Below the pieces are notes generated by a model, which was not told where the DNA came from, made no database searches, and was given only the letters and a program-made list of their open reading frames with translations. From positions 1 to 62,836 of IMG/VR virus record IMGVR_UViG_3300002026_000067: a DNA stretch of 62,836 nucleotides. One strand, 5' to 3'. The DNA comes from a virus. Its lineage: Duplodnaviria; Caudoviricetes. The translations under genes were made by a program, and so were the position numbers. Positions 9,230 to 19,290 of this stretch are shown here, piece after piece. Within the stretch, counting starts at the first letter, position 1. Each line of letters starts with the position of its first letter.

Positions 9230-9925
9230 TACAGAGAGACCACAATAGCGTGGGTTGATATCCGCATCAACCCGATCTAAGAAAAATCCATGATTCTTTT
9301 TGAAGAACAATGCTTCCCAATTTGCAATAAGTGGAACACCGAGTTTAGAAAGCTTTGGTCGCAGAATAATGTATTTGTGATTGTCAGGACGGTAATTTTC
9401 AACATAAACAGAAGTTCCTAGTCCTGCAAAATCGATTCGATGAACACTGGAAGGAAGATATGGCCGAGTACCTGCAGCTTTAATCCAATCAGTAACAGTG
9501 ATTTCTTCAAAGCTAAATGTACCTTCAGGAAAATGAGCACTATGAAGAGTAACAGGATCAGGATAAGCAAGTTGTTTATTCGTCTTATGCTCTTCAGTAA
9601 AGCGACGAACTGATTGAAGCATATTATCAAATGTGATTTGGTTGACAGTGGATGGACGGCGTTTAACTACAGCTTTCAGATAATCCATTGACGGTGGAAC
9701 ATACGGTTTATTGCTACCAAGTTGTTTAGCATTGTATGGTGAAAGCGCATCGAATAACAATTTGTAAAGCATAAAGGTGCTTGATACTACATTGCCTGCA
9801 TCATCCCAATTTTCACCAAGTCGGCGAATTGCATCCAGACGGACTGCACCAGCGCCTCTATACTTCGGGTTGTTATTTTCAATTACTGAATTCGTTTCCT
9901 GAGTCTGTGCGGTTGCCGTATACAT
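9209..9925 (-). CDS. Hypothetical protein
   Basis: 238-aa ORF with SD AAGGAG. Confidence 0.75.
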   Translation of the reverse strand: MYTATAQTQETNSVIENNNPKYRGAGAVRLDAIRRLGENWDDAGNVVSSTFMLYKLLFDALSPYNAKQLGSNKPYVPPSMDYLKAVVKRRPSTVNQITFDNMLQSVRRFTEEHKTNKQLAYPDPVTLHSAHFPEGTFSFEEITVTDWIKAAGTRPYLPSSVHRIDFAGLGTSVYVENYRPDNHKYIILRPKLSKLGVPLIANWEALFFKKNHGFFLDRVDADINPRYCGLSVSRGRSR

Positions 9926-9999
9926 CTTTGATTCTCCTTTAACTTACACCAGATGATGATCCACCCTTGTCAGAGACGCAGGTATTTTGTTTTAAACCT

Positions 10000-10269
10000 T
10001 TATTGTGTTACTGCAGAATTACGTCGTTCTCGTCTTTGTTGTTTTACGTGTGCAATAACGATGTATTTGATTTCTTTGTTTACGTAATGATTAGTATTTC
10101 CACCACAAGTTTTGATGGTGTAACCGATCATATTTGATTCGTGGAAATATCGAACAATTTTTCCTTCCGTATGATCATCACATTCTGATCTAGTCACAAT
10201 CTCTAGAATATTGCCTAGATACTGTTCATTAATCTTTGCATACTTTATTTCTGTACTAGGTTGCAGCAT
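10000..10269 (-). CDS. Hypothetical protein
   Basis: 89-aa ORF with SD GGAG, downstream of an early promoter. Confidence 0.65.
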   Translation of the reverse strand: MLQPSTEIKYAKINEQYLGNILEIVTRSECDDHTEGKIVRYFHESNMIGYTIKTCGGNTNHYVNKEIKYIVIAHVKQQRRERRNSAVTQ

Positions 10270-10357
10270 TAATTAGTTACTCCGAGATTTTAGGTACAAT
10301 AAAAGGACGCTTATAGCGCCGATTTACTGTGTTATTAATGATTTAGTGTATGGAGTA

Positions 10358-10386
10358 ATTATATCATATTGTGAATAAAAGTAAAC
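10358..10386 (-). promoter_or_regulatory. T4-like early (sigma70) promoter
   Basis: GTTTAC-17 nt-TATAAT with an extended -10 TG. Confidence 0.7.
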
Positions 10387-10423
10387 TCTTTTTTACGTAA
10401 TCAAACTATAGAATGAAAGTAAA

Positions 10424-11158
10424 CTAAAATTCACCATCCTCGCTATAGCAGGTCATCATTCGTGGATACATTATGCTAGCTTTATTTTGTAGCCATAATT
10501 CATATTGGATATTATGCGATTCATCTTTATTAAGATTTTCGTGCATTGGAAAATTTAATGACCTACTTTCTGCGATATAAAAAAATCTTTGTAATTTATC
10601 ATCTCTAGGATGGTCATCTTTAGGATGTATAACAGTAGTGGTATTACCGGTGTTTTTTCCTATTTCATCGAAACTGTAGATACTCATATCACCGGTATCT
10701 AAAATCCTAACAATGATTCTATCTCTCAATTTTGTCCATACTCCTTCTGCAGCTTTACTTAAGCTACCACCATTTACCAATTTAATGCCATCAGATTTTA
10801 TGACCTTTATGTAAAAATCAGTGCCTAAACCTTTTCCGGCATATGGTTTATAAACTTCAGTTGACATAACCTGCCAGACTTTATCGGCTAGTTTACTGAG
10901 CATCATATAACCAACCGGTTTATTATCCACGTGTGTCGCAATTATATAACATTTTTGATTACTAGTATGTAAATCATATTCATAGTAAATAACACCGAAT
11001 CGTTCTTCGCCGGTCACACCACCATGTGCACGCAATAAACGTAAATTATCAGTATCTGATAAAAAACTTGCAATTTCTCTCGCAGGTAAGGATGTAGACA
11101 TTTCAACCTGACGATATTCCTGTAGGAATTCAGCAAATCTTAATTGTTGTACTTTCAT
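10424..11158 (-). CDS. GNAT-fold acetyltransferase-like protein
   Basis: Acetyl-CoA motif A-like EVYKPYAGKGLGTDFY followed by LSKAAEGVWTKL. Confidence 0.65.
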   Translation of the reverse strand: MKVQQLRFAEFLQEYRQVEMSTSLPAREIASFLSDTDNLRLLRAHGGVTGEERFGVIYYEYDLHTSNQKCYIIATHVDNKPVGYMMLSKLADKVWQVMSTEVYKPYAGKGLGTDFYIKVIKSDGIKLVNGGSLSKAAEGVWTKLRDRIIVRILDTGDMSIYSFDEIGKNTGNTTTVIHPKDDHPRDDKLQRFFYIAESRSLNFPMHENLNKDESHNIQYELWLQNKASIMYPRMMTCYSEDGEF

Positions 11159-11161
11159 ATT

Positions 11162-11740
11162 TTACTCTTTAGGTGTTGTTGGTTCTATATCCCAAAAGTC
11201 TGTCAGGTCAAGTATATCTTCTAGGTGACAAAGCTGAACACCATTCAACAATGTGATCTTTTTCTCAATTGGTAAATTGATATAAGCTGGAAATGCTGCA
11301 TAGATGGGCGTTTGTTTCCACTTGAATATGGTAATTGGGTCCTTCTGAATCTTGCTAGCATCATCGATGGCTTCATTTACCCAAAGATAGATAGATGAAT
11401 TACCAAATAGCGATTCCATACGTTCAGCATCACCGTAACTTTTACATTCTACGCTGAATCTAAATGGTTTGCCTACATCTATTTCATTCGTGCAACATAC
11501 ATCACCAACAAATAGTGACATTGCCTCCTTAGAATACAGATGAGCACGTCTTCCGAAATTTTTACCGCCTACCATTGCTCCGGACATTTGAGATCGACTA
11601 AAGCAATAAGGGGCTAATCTCTGTGTAAGAAGATTAGCAATTACTCTTTCAAACCCGGAACCCTTTGCTTTTCCGTTTACCCGCTTTTTCTTTTTAGGAA
11701 CTTCTACTTCGGGTACTACACCAATGATTTCATCTGACAT
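11162..11740 (-). CDS. Holliday junction resolvase-like PD-(D/E)XK nuclease
   Basis: KAKGSGFER...GD...VECK motifs; late-like CATAAATA at 11777-11770. Confidence 0.75.
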   Translation of the reverse strand: MSDEIIGVVPEVEVPKKKKRVNGKAKGSGFERVIANLLTQRLAPYCFSRSQMSGAMVGGKNFGRRAHLYSKEAMSLFVGDVCCTNEIDVGKPFRFSVECKSYGDAERMESLFGNSSIYLWVNEAIDDASKIQKDPITIFKWKQTPIYAAFPAYINLPIEKKITLLNGVQLCHLEDILDLTDFWDIEPTTPKE

Positions 11741-11798
11741 TGTTTTAACTCCAATATGTGTTATGTGAATATTTATGGATCCAGAAACACAAGAAATT

Positions 11799-11828
11799 GT
11801 TTACTTTTCATTAAACGTATGTTATAAT
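11799..11828 (+). promoter_or_regulatory. T4-like early promoter
   Basis: GTTTACTTTTCATTAAACGTATGTTATAAT. Confidence 0.75.
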
Positions 11829-11857
11829 TCAATTATGTAAACAATGAAGGAACTGAT

Positions 11858-12091
11858 ATGTCGATATATACCGTAGTTGATGAATGTTATTGCGTTGATG
11901 TATATCACTCATTGAAATCAGTTTCAAATGCATTTAATGGTCAAGAACTCTGTTTGTCAGAGGCAGGTGATGAAGATATTCCACTTGCTCATCCAAATGA
12001 TATCGCAAAAGCACTCTGTAAAGAATCAATCATCAGGCTGTATGAGCCAGGTTGCATTGATTGGAAATACAAAATTGAAAAACAGCCGTGA
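11858..12091 (+). CDS. Hypothetical early protein
   Basis: SD AAGGA; first gene after the early promoter. Confidence 0.7.
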   Translation: MSIYTVVDECYCVDVYHSLKSVSNAFNGQELCLSEAGDEDIPLAHPNDIAKALCKESIIRLYEPGCIDWKYKIEKQP

Positions 12092-12333
12092 TTGGAGGAT
12101 ATATGGTAGATACTAATATGACACTTGATGTTAAAGAATTTACGATAAAGGCATTGAAAGGTATGCTCCAAGATATCGATTTTACATATCCAATGGGTCG
12201 TTTCAATGAAAACAGCGCACACACTACATTTGTTAAACTGCAGGGTAAGGTTGGTATGCTGATAGGTATGCTTGAAATGATTGAACAGCCTAAACGGCAA
12301 ACAGAAATACCATTTGAACCAAGAATCGAATAA
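12088..12333 (+). CDS. Hypothetical protein (start may be ATG 12103 after GGAGG)
   Basis: ORF in operon; strong SD GGAGG upstream of MVDTN. Confidence 0.65.
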   Translation: MIGGYMVDTNMTLDVKEFTIKALKGMLQDIDFTYPMGRFNENSAHTTFVKLQGKVGMLIGMLEMIEQPKRQTEIPFEPRIE

Positions 12334-12348
12334 CCTAAGGAAACTGAT

Positions 12349-12930
12349 ATGCACAAAGTTAAAGTTGATCCGTTGAAGCTTTCAATGATTACTAATCCTG
12401 AATTTCCAGGTGTTAGTCGTCTTAATTGGCACTCAGATCATTTCGGTGATCTGTTATTCATGGATCAGTATTTAATACCATTCAATAAAGAATTGACGGC
12501 AAACCGGCAGTTCCTAAGTTTTGGATATATCGGTCTTAATGCGGTTGATGTGAGTTTATCAATCGGTTTTGATTCATCTCAACTTGCTAAATATTCCTGT
12601 CCATACACACATCGTGATTATTATTGGGCTATTCCAATCGGCATTTATACAACTAAACATTCTGATGTGTTTGTGAAATATGCAGAAATGATTACGGCGA
12701 ATAGTCCATGGACACTAGACATGGCGCTAGATGTTGAATGGAATGAACGTCATTACAAAATCAATCCACACGATGTTGATGTCGGTGTTATTGAACAGTG
12801 TCTGCTTGGTCCAGGATACACCATTGGAACAATAGTGAGTGATGGTAGCGGATCGGTGGTTTATGCATTAGGTGTATTACCATCTGGCGATCTTGCACTG
12901 TTTCTCACAAATCTGTGGCATAACAAATAG
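12349..12930 (+). CDS. Hypothetical protein
   Basis: 193-aa ORF with SD AAGGA. Confidence 0.75.
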   Translation: MHKVKVDPLKLSMITNPEFPGVSRLNWHSDHFGDLLFMDQYLIPFNKELTANRQFLSFGYIGLNAVDVSLSIGFDSSQLAKYSCPYTHRDYYWAIPIGIYTTKHSDVFVKYAEMITANSPWTLDMALDVEWNERHYKINPHDVDVGVIEQCLLGPGYTIGTIVSDGSGSVVYALGVLPSGDLALFLTNLWHNK

Positions 12931-12986
12931 ATCACAATCTTAAGACGATCGGGTATTGAAGTTGTTAAACTTGAAAGGAGTGCATC

Positions 12987-13250
12987 ATGAAGCTAAATGA
13001 AAGTCGTGGAGTTCTTGTAGAAGTTCGTGAAAATATGACGAACAAGGCTCATGTCAGTCAAGTTTTGCTTGATGCAACGCCCACAAAAGAGGTCTTTGAC
13101 CCGCTAAATCCTGACCATCTTAAAGCTTACGAGGTGTTTCGTGAGCAAGGTAAGTGGACGAAGAAGTTCTACACTGAAGGGCAGTATACTACTCTCCCAG
13201 CTACAATTGACAAGAAAATCGTCGACATGGTGTTGTCCAGAGTTAAATAA
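12987..13250 (+). CDS. Hypothetical protein
   Basis: 87-aa ORF with SD AAGGAG. Confidence 0.75.
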   Translation: MKLNESRGVLVEVRENMTNKAHVSQVLLDATPTKEVFDPLNPDHLKAYEVFREQGKWTKKFYTEGQYTTLPATIDKKIVDMVLSRVK

Positions 13251-13287
13251 TAACGTTGATTCCATCTATTACTGGAATCAACGTTAT
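13250..13287. terminator. Hairpin, probable terminator between convergent genes
   Basis: 15-bp perfect stem ATAACGTTGATTCCA/TGGAATCAACGTTAT with an 8-nt loop; weak U tract. Confidence 0.6.
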
Positions 13288-13326
13288 CATATCACTAGAA
13301 ATTCGTTGGTCATCTCAGTGAGTTAA

Positions 13327-13920
13327 TCACTGCGCTTCATAGTCACTCTCAAATTCAGTTTTACCTAACATAACTGGATCAGACTTTGAACCATCAGCTC
13401 TAAACAGGTAAGTATTTTTTGTCAGTGTCTTACCAGTTTGTAATTTAACATCTTCACCAGTGTATAGATATGCATCGAGCTTAATCGATCTACGAACCAT
13501 GATGTACCCTTCAGCATCAGGTTTCTGATTTGCATTTACCTGCACAAATGTTTTATTATAATCAGTATGTTTAATAGCCCAGGTACGATTGATGTTTTCG
13601 TGATCACGAATCATATAGTCATCGTCATGGGTAGTATACATACCTTTTGGTGATGTTCGCGAAATTGGAAAAGCTGGAGCTTTAAAACTGTCTTCGACGC
13701 GTTTAGCATCGTAAACCTTTTTAGGAACGAAAGTTTTAATCTCAGATTCATTTTCATCAAAAATGAATTTAAGAGTCTTAGGTTCTTCAGGTGCATCCTC
13801 TACTGATTTATTCTTAGGTTCTTCAGGTGTCGTGTCCTTAGGCTCCTTAGTAGATTTTGCATCTTGCTCTGGATCAGCAGGTAAATCCTCTAATGACTCA
13901 CAATATTGTCTAAATCTCAT
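13327..13920 (-). CDS. Hypothetical protein with capsid-targeting-like N-terminus (MRFRQYCESL)
   Basis: 197 aa; acidic, Pro-rich linker after the N-terminal motif. Confidence 0.75.
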   Translation of the reverse strand: MRFRQYCESLEDLPADPEQDAKSTKEPKDTTPEEPKNKSVEDAPEEPKTLKFIFDENESEIKTFVPKKVYDAKRVEDSFKAPAFPISRTSPKGMYTTHDDDYMIRDHENINRTWAIKHTDYNKTFVQVNANQKPDAEGYIMVRRSIKLDAYLYTGEDVKLQTGKTLTKNTYLFRADGSKSDPVMLGKTEFESDYEAQ

Positions 13921-13921
13921 T

Positions 13922-14434
13922 TCATTCCTTCCCTAGAACATCAGCAAGTTCTGCTAACTGCTCATTTGTTAATGTTGTTTTTGCTAAAATTACTAGCTTA
14001 GAATTATTTTTAGTTGCATGGTATACTGTAAAAACTGGTAATTTACGACATATTTCACTTGCTGCTAAATTATAAATCATAGAACGTTTTTCAACATATT
14101 GATCAGATGCTGCTAACATTATCACATCACACTCTGTCAATTCACCATTTGATAAACAAGCCGTAGCAACAGTTGAAATTATAGTTCTCGGTTTTCCGAT
14201 ATTAACTAAATCTTTATTCAATGCTTCAGGATTGATAACACCCGATTTACTTGTTACGGTACCGTATGAAACATTAGCACAAGACACTGTTAAATCTGAT
14301 GAAGTTAAAAACTTATAATTCAATATTTCTAAACAAATAGCAAAATTAAAATCATTAAATGAAAATCTACAAACTCTGTCATTTACCCATTTGAATGGTA
14401 ATGGTGTCATGTCTAAGATTTCAGTTAATAGCAT
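13922..14434 (-). CDS. Hypothetical protein, paralog of 54737-55330 (RSMIY family)
   Basis: Shared motifs RSMIY and LT.(E/D)Q...LA. Confidence 0.7.
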   Translation of the reverse strand: MLLTEILDMTPLPFKWVNDRVCRFSFNDFNFAICLEILNYKFLTSSDLTVSCANVSYGTVTSKSGVINPEALNKDLVNIGKPRTIISTVATACLSNGELTECDVIMLAASDQYVEKRSMIYNLAASEICRKLPVFTVYHATKNNSKLVILAKTTLTNEQLAELADVLGKE

Positions 14435-14446
14435 TTCGATAGTCTT

Positions 14447-15073
14447 TCATAATTTCGCATATTCTTCAAGACCTGCGTCTATCAACTCACGCTGACATTC
14501 CATGACAGCTGTGTTGCCTCTAGTGTTTGGTAGATACTTGTTGATAATCGTTTCAAGATGTGCATTGTCTAATTTTGCGCGCTTTAATTCTTTTATCATA
14601 AGCAGCCCTAATACAGATGATGTGAGGATATTATCCTCTAAGCGGATATTCCCAGTTATTCTCGTTATATGCTTATGGATGTTATGCAAGCTGGTAAATT
14701 TGTTGCAGTCAAAGTCTGCAAACCCGGTGATATCCTTTGGTGCGCCTTCAAATGAGTCAAGTGAATTTTCATTTGCATAGAAATCGTTTATGACCGTGTG
14801 AGGACAACCTACTAGTGTTGTCAATTCATTTTGTGCAATCGAAAAGCCCTTAGATGCCGTACCAAATTTGATAAATAATGGAAGCTTAGTGATCTTCTTT
14901 GACATACCTCGCGTTGTAATCCGAGGACTTACCTGAATGAACAAGTCAATGTCAATTTCACCTTTCGAGTTAAGCTCATATGGAGGAACTTCCCAATTGC
15001 CCCTCCAATATGACGCTAAAAACTCATCAATTTGGCTCTTGTTATCGTTTTCAAAAAGCTCTCTAATTTTCAC
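14447..15073 (-). CDS. LRR-like repeat protein with conserved ...EYAKL C-terminal domain (family member 1)
   Basis: GTG start MKIRELFE; LTTLVGCP and LDSFEGAP repeats; VMECQRELIDAGLEEYAKL; AATAAATA at 15109-15102. Confidence 0.8.
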   Translation of the reverse strand: MKIRELFENDNKSQIDEFLASYWRGNWEVPPYELNSKGEIDIDLFIQVSPRITTRGMSKKITKLPLFIKFGTASKGFSIAQNELTTLVGCPHTVINDFYANENSLDSFEGAPKDITGFADFDCNKFTSLHNIHKHITRITGNIRLEDNILTSSVLGLLMIKELKRAKLDNAHLETIINKYLPNTRGNTAVMECQRELIDAGLEEYAKL

Positions 15074-15108
15074 GGATAGTACTCAGATGATTATCATTCT
15101 TTATTTAT

Positions 15109-17325
15109 TTAGCTATGCTCGGGTAAAATAATAGAGGAGAAACCATTCTCTTTTCTGATAACCAATTCTCGATCCATTCTACCGAGCATTTCTGGATGAT
15201 GACTAATTGTCCAAATACCGACACCGTCGTCACGAGACTTGCGTTTCAATAGTCTAGTCATTGACGATACACCTATAGAATCAACAGAACCACCATCTAT
15301 TTCATCAAGCATAAGCAAGTTAACCTTCGAATGTAGATGATGGAGCACATCACGGAATGCAATAGACAATGCAAGGTTTACCCGTTTCTTTTCGCCGCCA
15401 GATAGATTACCAAAATCTAGATCACGACCACACTCTGTAACAGTGCAACTCATATCTGGATCGAATCTAACAATATGTGGTAGTCCGAGTTCCTTTGTGT
15501 AATGGTTAATCTGAGAATTTAGGAATGGAATAGTCTGGTTGACAATGTTCTTACGAATGTAGGAATTCTTGTCAGTAAGAAGTTTGAGCAAGAATTGCTG
15601 ATGCTCAAGATATGATTTCAATTCATCAAGTTTCTCATTATCGATTTTTACTTCGCCGTCTGACAGTAGAGACTGATATGCCTCAATATGTGGGTTGACT
15701 GCTTCACGCAGATCAGCTAATTTAACTTTCAACTGATCAGCATTAGCTTTTACGTTTAGCAGCTTTGCTAAATCATCGTGTTGAATTGATGCAATGGCCG
15801 CGTCGCGCTCCGATTTATGTTTGTTGAGATTAATATTGCTTGTCGAATTCTCAACAGTGTTAATCATCTTGATAGCCTCTGATGCAGTATCACTCAACAG
15901 CATGGCTTCTATGATTTCCGGTTTGACTGACACCTCATATTCACCATCTATTGTATCTATCAATGATTGCTGATGAGGATTTTCAGTTTCAGAAAGTTGT
16001 TGTAATTCAGTACGCAGACTTTGTGCATCAGCGTGGACATCCATTAACTCAGCAAGGTTAGGATATTTGATAGCAGCGTGTGCATCAACAAGAAGTTGGG
16101 TATAACGAGCGGCATCAGCAACATTCTTATCGAAGTTAATCTTCAATTCAGCTAACAGTCCACTTTCTTCTTCTTTCTCTTTCTCTAATGATGCAACCTT
16201 TTCACCATTTTGGTAAACCTGAGAACAGTAAGGACATTTAGAATCTGCTAAATGTGAAAGTTCGTGTTCGATTTCAGCCAATCGCTTTGTCATCTGTTTA
16301 TCAAGTGAAGACTGGAGTTTCTTTTCTGATTCAGCTTTTTGAAGTAATTCTGTTAATTCAGACAGACGTAAATGCAATTGCCGTTCAGCTTCAAGGTCTA
16401 CACCGTCTATTAATTTCAACTTTTTGTTAATAGCAACTTTTCGTAGGTCATTGTCTTTTTGCCACTTAACACCGCTCACCAATGTAGTATTGATTAATGA
16501 TAGAAAACCTTTATATGCAATTTCAAGAGAAGAAATTTTCGTATTTAAATCTGCAACTTTCGTATGGACTGCCTGTTCTGCCTCAAAATCGATATCATTG
16601 AGTGAGTCAAGAGCCTTCTGAATAGTTTCAATATTGGTTGACGTGTCATCTTCCCATTTCAATACACGTGATTCTGCTTCAGTTAATTGCTTAATACGAA
16701 ACTCTTTTGACCGTTCCTGCTGTAAGATCAACGCATCCTGAACCGTGATATCAGATTCAGTAGACTTGATCTTGTCACGTAACGATAATGCCTTTTGAGA
16801 CAATGTAGTAATGTTAAACAGTTCTTCGATATGATTACGTTGAGTCGATACAGGAAGGTCCAAGAACGGTTGTGCAGAACCAGCAAATACAATAACACGT
16901 GAGAATAATTCAAAACTGAATCCAACGATTTCCTCGATGGCCTTATCAATGTTAGATACAGAATCAGGAGTAATATCGACGCCATCCCGTTTCAGAACTG
17001 TTGCATTGGTTTCGCCACGAGCACGATAGATATCATATTCGATATCATCTTTCATAAACACCAATCGCACTTCCATTGCAGTATTCTTATTACCAGTGTT
17101 TGTGCGATTTATGAGACGTTCTTTGGAGATATTCGAAATCGGTTTATTGTACAATGCAAATGAGATGGCATTGATAATTGTGCTTTTACCGACACCATTG
17201 GCACCTGCTGCATCCATGTTTTCACCAAGGATAAGAGTAGTGCCATTGAATTCGAGATCAAGTTCTGTTGTCACATTTCCAAAGGAGAGGAAATTGCGTA
17301 GTGTTAGCAGTTTAAATAGTAGCAT
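15109..17325 (-). CDS. gp46: Recombination endonuclease ATPase subunit (gp46, SbcC/Rad50)
   Basis: NFLSFGN, Walker A GANGVGKS, zinc hook CPYC, signature LSGGE, Walker B LMLDE and H-loop ISH. Confidence 0.95.
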   Translation of the reverse strand: MLLFKLLTLRNFLSFGNVTTELDLEFNGTTLILGENMDAAGANGVGKSTIINAISFALYNKPISNISKERLINRTNTGNKNTAMEVRLVFMKDDIEYDIYRARGETNATVLKRDGVDITPDSVSNIDKAIEEIVGFSFELFSRVIVFAGSAQPFLDLPVSTQRNHIEELFNITTLSQKALSLRDKIKSTESDITVQDALILQQERSKEFRIKQLTEAESRVLKWEDDTSTNIETIQKALDSLNDIDFEAEQAVHTKVADLNTKISSLEIAYKGFLSLINTTLVSGVKWQKDNDLRKVAINKKLKLIDGVDLEAERQLHLRLSELTELLQKAESEKKLQSSLDKQMTKRLAEIEHELSHLADSKCPYCSQVYQNGEKVASLEKEKEEESGLLAELKINFDKNVADAARYTQLLVDAHAAIKYPNLAELMDVHADAQSLRTELQQLSETENPHQQSLIDTIDGEYEVSVKPEIIEAMLLSDTASEAIKMINTVENSTSNINLNKHKSERDAAIASIQHDDLAKLLNVKANADQLKVKLADLREAVNPHIEAYQSLLSDGEVKIDNEKLDELKSYLEHQQFLLKLLTDKNSYIRKNIVNQTIPFLNSQINHYTKELGLPHIVRFDPDMSCTVTECGRDLDFGNLSGGEKKRVNLALSIAFRDVLHHLHSKVNLLMLDEIDGGSVDSIGVSSMTRLLKRKSRDDGVGIWTISHHPEMLGRMDRELVIRKENGFSSIILPEHS

Positions 17326-17334
17326 TCTGAATCC

Positions 17335-18393
17335 TTACAGTGAATCGTAAATTTCAATGAGTGTTTCAGGTTTAATCTTTGTCATATCCTTGATACCTGA
17401 TTTGAGCATAGATTTTACCATGTCATCGATATTTGATAGTTGCAAAGTTGACACGTCAATTGTTTCACCATCAACGGCATCTGCACGTTCAACCAGATTT
17501 TCCTCAATCTGGAATTCACGCAACTGATATGTATCAACCATAGCTGAGCGAAGTGTTTGTGTTTCACTGTAGGTAATATCTACATCAAGCAAACATTTAA
17601 CTCTCGTCTTCGGTAAAAAGTTAATATCACCATCTAACACACGTGACAATGTCGTCTTAACATACAACGGACAATCTGGCCAGTCGATAAAATCAGGCGT
17701 CTTGGCTTCATTATCAAATACCATCATACCACGTTGTGAATCACCCGCATCGCCGTAATCCATTGGGAAGGTATTACCAATGAACACTACATTATCTCTA
17801 AACTGTCTACGATGGAAGTGACCGGAAAAGATAAAGTCCTGATTTTTGAATAAGGTATGATCATTACCTTTATCCAATGTCAATGTTGAACCAGTTACAA
17901 CAAACTTCTTGAACTCAAAGTGACCAACCCATACTGGAATATCCTTGTATTGCATCAATGAGGGATATTCCTCAGGAAACATATAAGGGCAAAACAGAAT
18001 ATTATCAACAACTGTTGGCTCACTTATAATTTCAAAGTTTTTAAGTTCTTGAAAAACTTTTGCACTGTGAATTTTGCGATTTGTACGATGATACAAATCA
18101 TGGTTACCAACTAAATGTAGAACTGGTAACCCAAGAGCATCAATCATTCTCAAACCTTCGTGAGCATAATTGAGCGTTGAAATATTCACAGCTGCACGAT
18201 TTTCGAACAGGTCACCTAAGAAACTGATATGTGTAATATCAGGATCCTTTTTAACTTGCTCACAGAAAAAGCTGATAAAATCTAAACAGTCTTGATTATG
18301 AATTTCAGAGGAGTTCTTTTTACCAAAATGGATGTCCCCATAACAAGCAATTTTCTTTATTTTAGACAAGATGTCACCTTTATTCGTCGTCAA
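17335..18393 (-). CDS. gp47: Recombination endonuclease nuclease subunit (gp47, SbcD/Mre11)
   Basis: Metallophosphoesterase motifs GDIHFG, GDLF, GNHD, GHFE and SGHFH. Confidence 0.95.
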   Translation of the reverse strand: MTTNKGDILSKIKKIACYGDIHFGKKNSSEIHNQDCLDFISFFCEQVKKDPDITHISFLGDLFENRAAVNISTLNYAHEGLRMIDALGLPVLHLVGNHDLYHRTNRKIHSAKVFQELKNFEIISEPTVVDNILFCPYMFPEEYPSLMQYKDIPVWVGHFEFKKFVVTGSTLTLDKGNDHTLFKNQDFIFSGHFHRRQFRDNVVFIGNTFPMDYGDAGDSQRGMMVFDNEAKTPDFIDWPDCPLYVKTTLSRVLDGDINFLPKTRVKCLLDVDITYSETQTLRSAMVDTYQLREFQIEENLVERADAVDGETIDVSTLQLSNIDDMVKSMLKSGIKDMTKIKPETLIEIYDSL

Positions 18394-19087
18394 ATACTAA
18401 CAGGTCTTGTAAATCGGCGACAATACCTTCAGTGATTTCATCATCAGGAACACCATCACCTTCTTCATTTAGAAGTTCAACTAGAACCTCATCTTCAGGT
18501 GTATCTTCAATTTCACCAAAATGAGTAGTAACACATTCACCAGGTAATCGAGCAGATCGACGACCGGTAACTAATTCACCAACACCAGCAGATAATGGAT
18601 CATTTGGATTACGTTCTACTGGAGCAGAATCAGCATCAGCAAAGGCAAAGCTTGGATTAGAACCAGCTGCAACTATTAAACCATCACGAATATTACGATG
18701 CTTTTTCTCATCAGCCATGTACTGAAGAAATGAATGGTGGATAGCTGTTGTATAAAAGGCAAAAGGATTACTGGATTTTTCAGGATTAAATTTTAACCCA
18801 TTGGCACAAAGATTAATTAATGCTGTTGATACCATGTCTTCACGAAATGAATATCCAGCAAAGTTAGATTTTCGTGAATAACGTTCAGTTAGCAGTATAA
18901 ACATTCTAGCTAATTTGTCAGTGATCTTTCCTAACCCTTTTGCATGGACAACTTCTTTGAGAAGATCAGCATTAGTAAGGTAAAATGGCTTACGCTTCGT
19001 CATAACTACAGGTTTTGGTGGCTTTACTGCTTTTTCTTTTTTAACGACAGGTGTGTCATTTTCTATTTCAACTAATGGAGTGGACAT
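18380..19087 (-). CDS. gp55: Late-transcription sigma factor (T4 gp55 family)
   Basis: YLTNADLL, NFAGYSFREDMVS, FNPEKSSNPFAFYT..I..SF...EKK; SD GGAG before ATG 19087; canonical 55-47-46 gene order. Confidence 0.92.
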   Translation of the reverse strand: MSTPLVEIENDTPVVKKEKAVKPPKPVVMTKRKPFYLTNADLLKEVVHAKGLGKITDKLARMFILLTERYSRKSNFAGYSFREDMVSTALINLCANGLKFNPEKSSNPFAFYTTAIHHSFLQYMADEKKHRNIRDGLIVAAGSNPSFAFADADSAPVERNPNDPLSAGVGELVTGRRSARLPGECVTTHFGEIEDTPEDEVLVELLNEEGDGVPDDEITEGIVADLQDLLVFDDE

Positions 19088-19219
19088 GGTGTGTCTCCGT
19101 GTAATAATAATTTCTAATGGGACAACTAGCACCAAATTGGACACACACTCTATTCACCAAGGAGTTCTGGGAAGTAAAAGATGTTGTGGGAAATGTGAAT
19201 ACTAGAAGTATTAGTAGCT

Positions 19220-19249
19220 ATTATATCATTAATTGAAATGAAAGTAAAC
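19220..19249 (-). promoter_or_regulatory. Early-type promoter for gp55-47-46
   Basis: GTTTACTTTCATTTCAATTAATGATATAAT. Confidence 0.7.
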
Positions 19250-19290
19250 TACTTATATCTCATTTAATGGGATGTCATGGCCATCATAAT

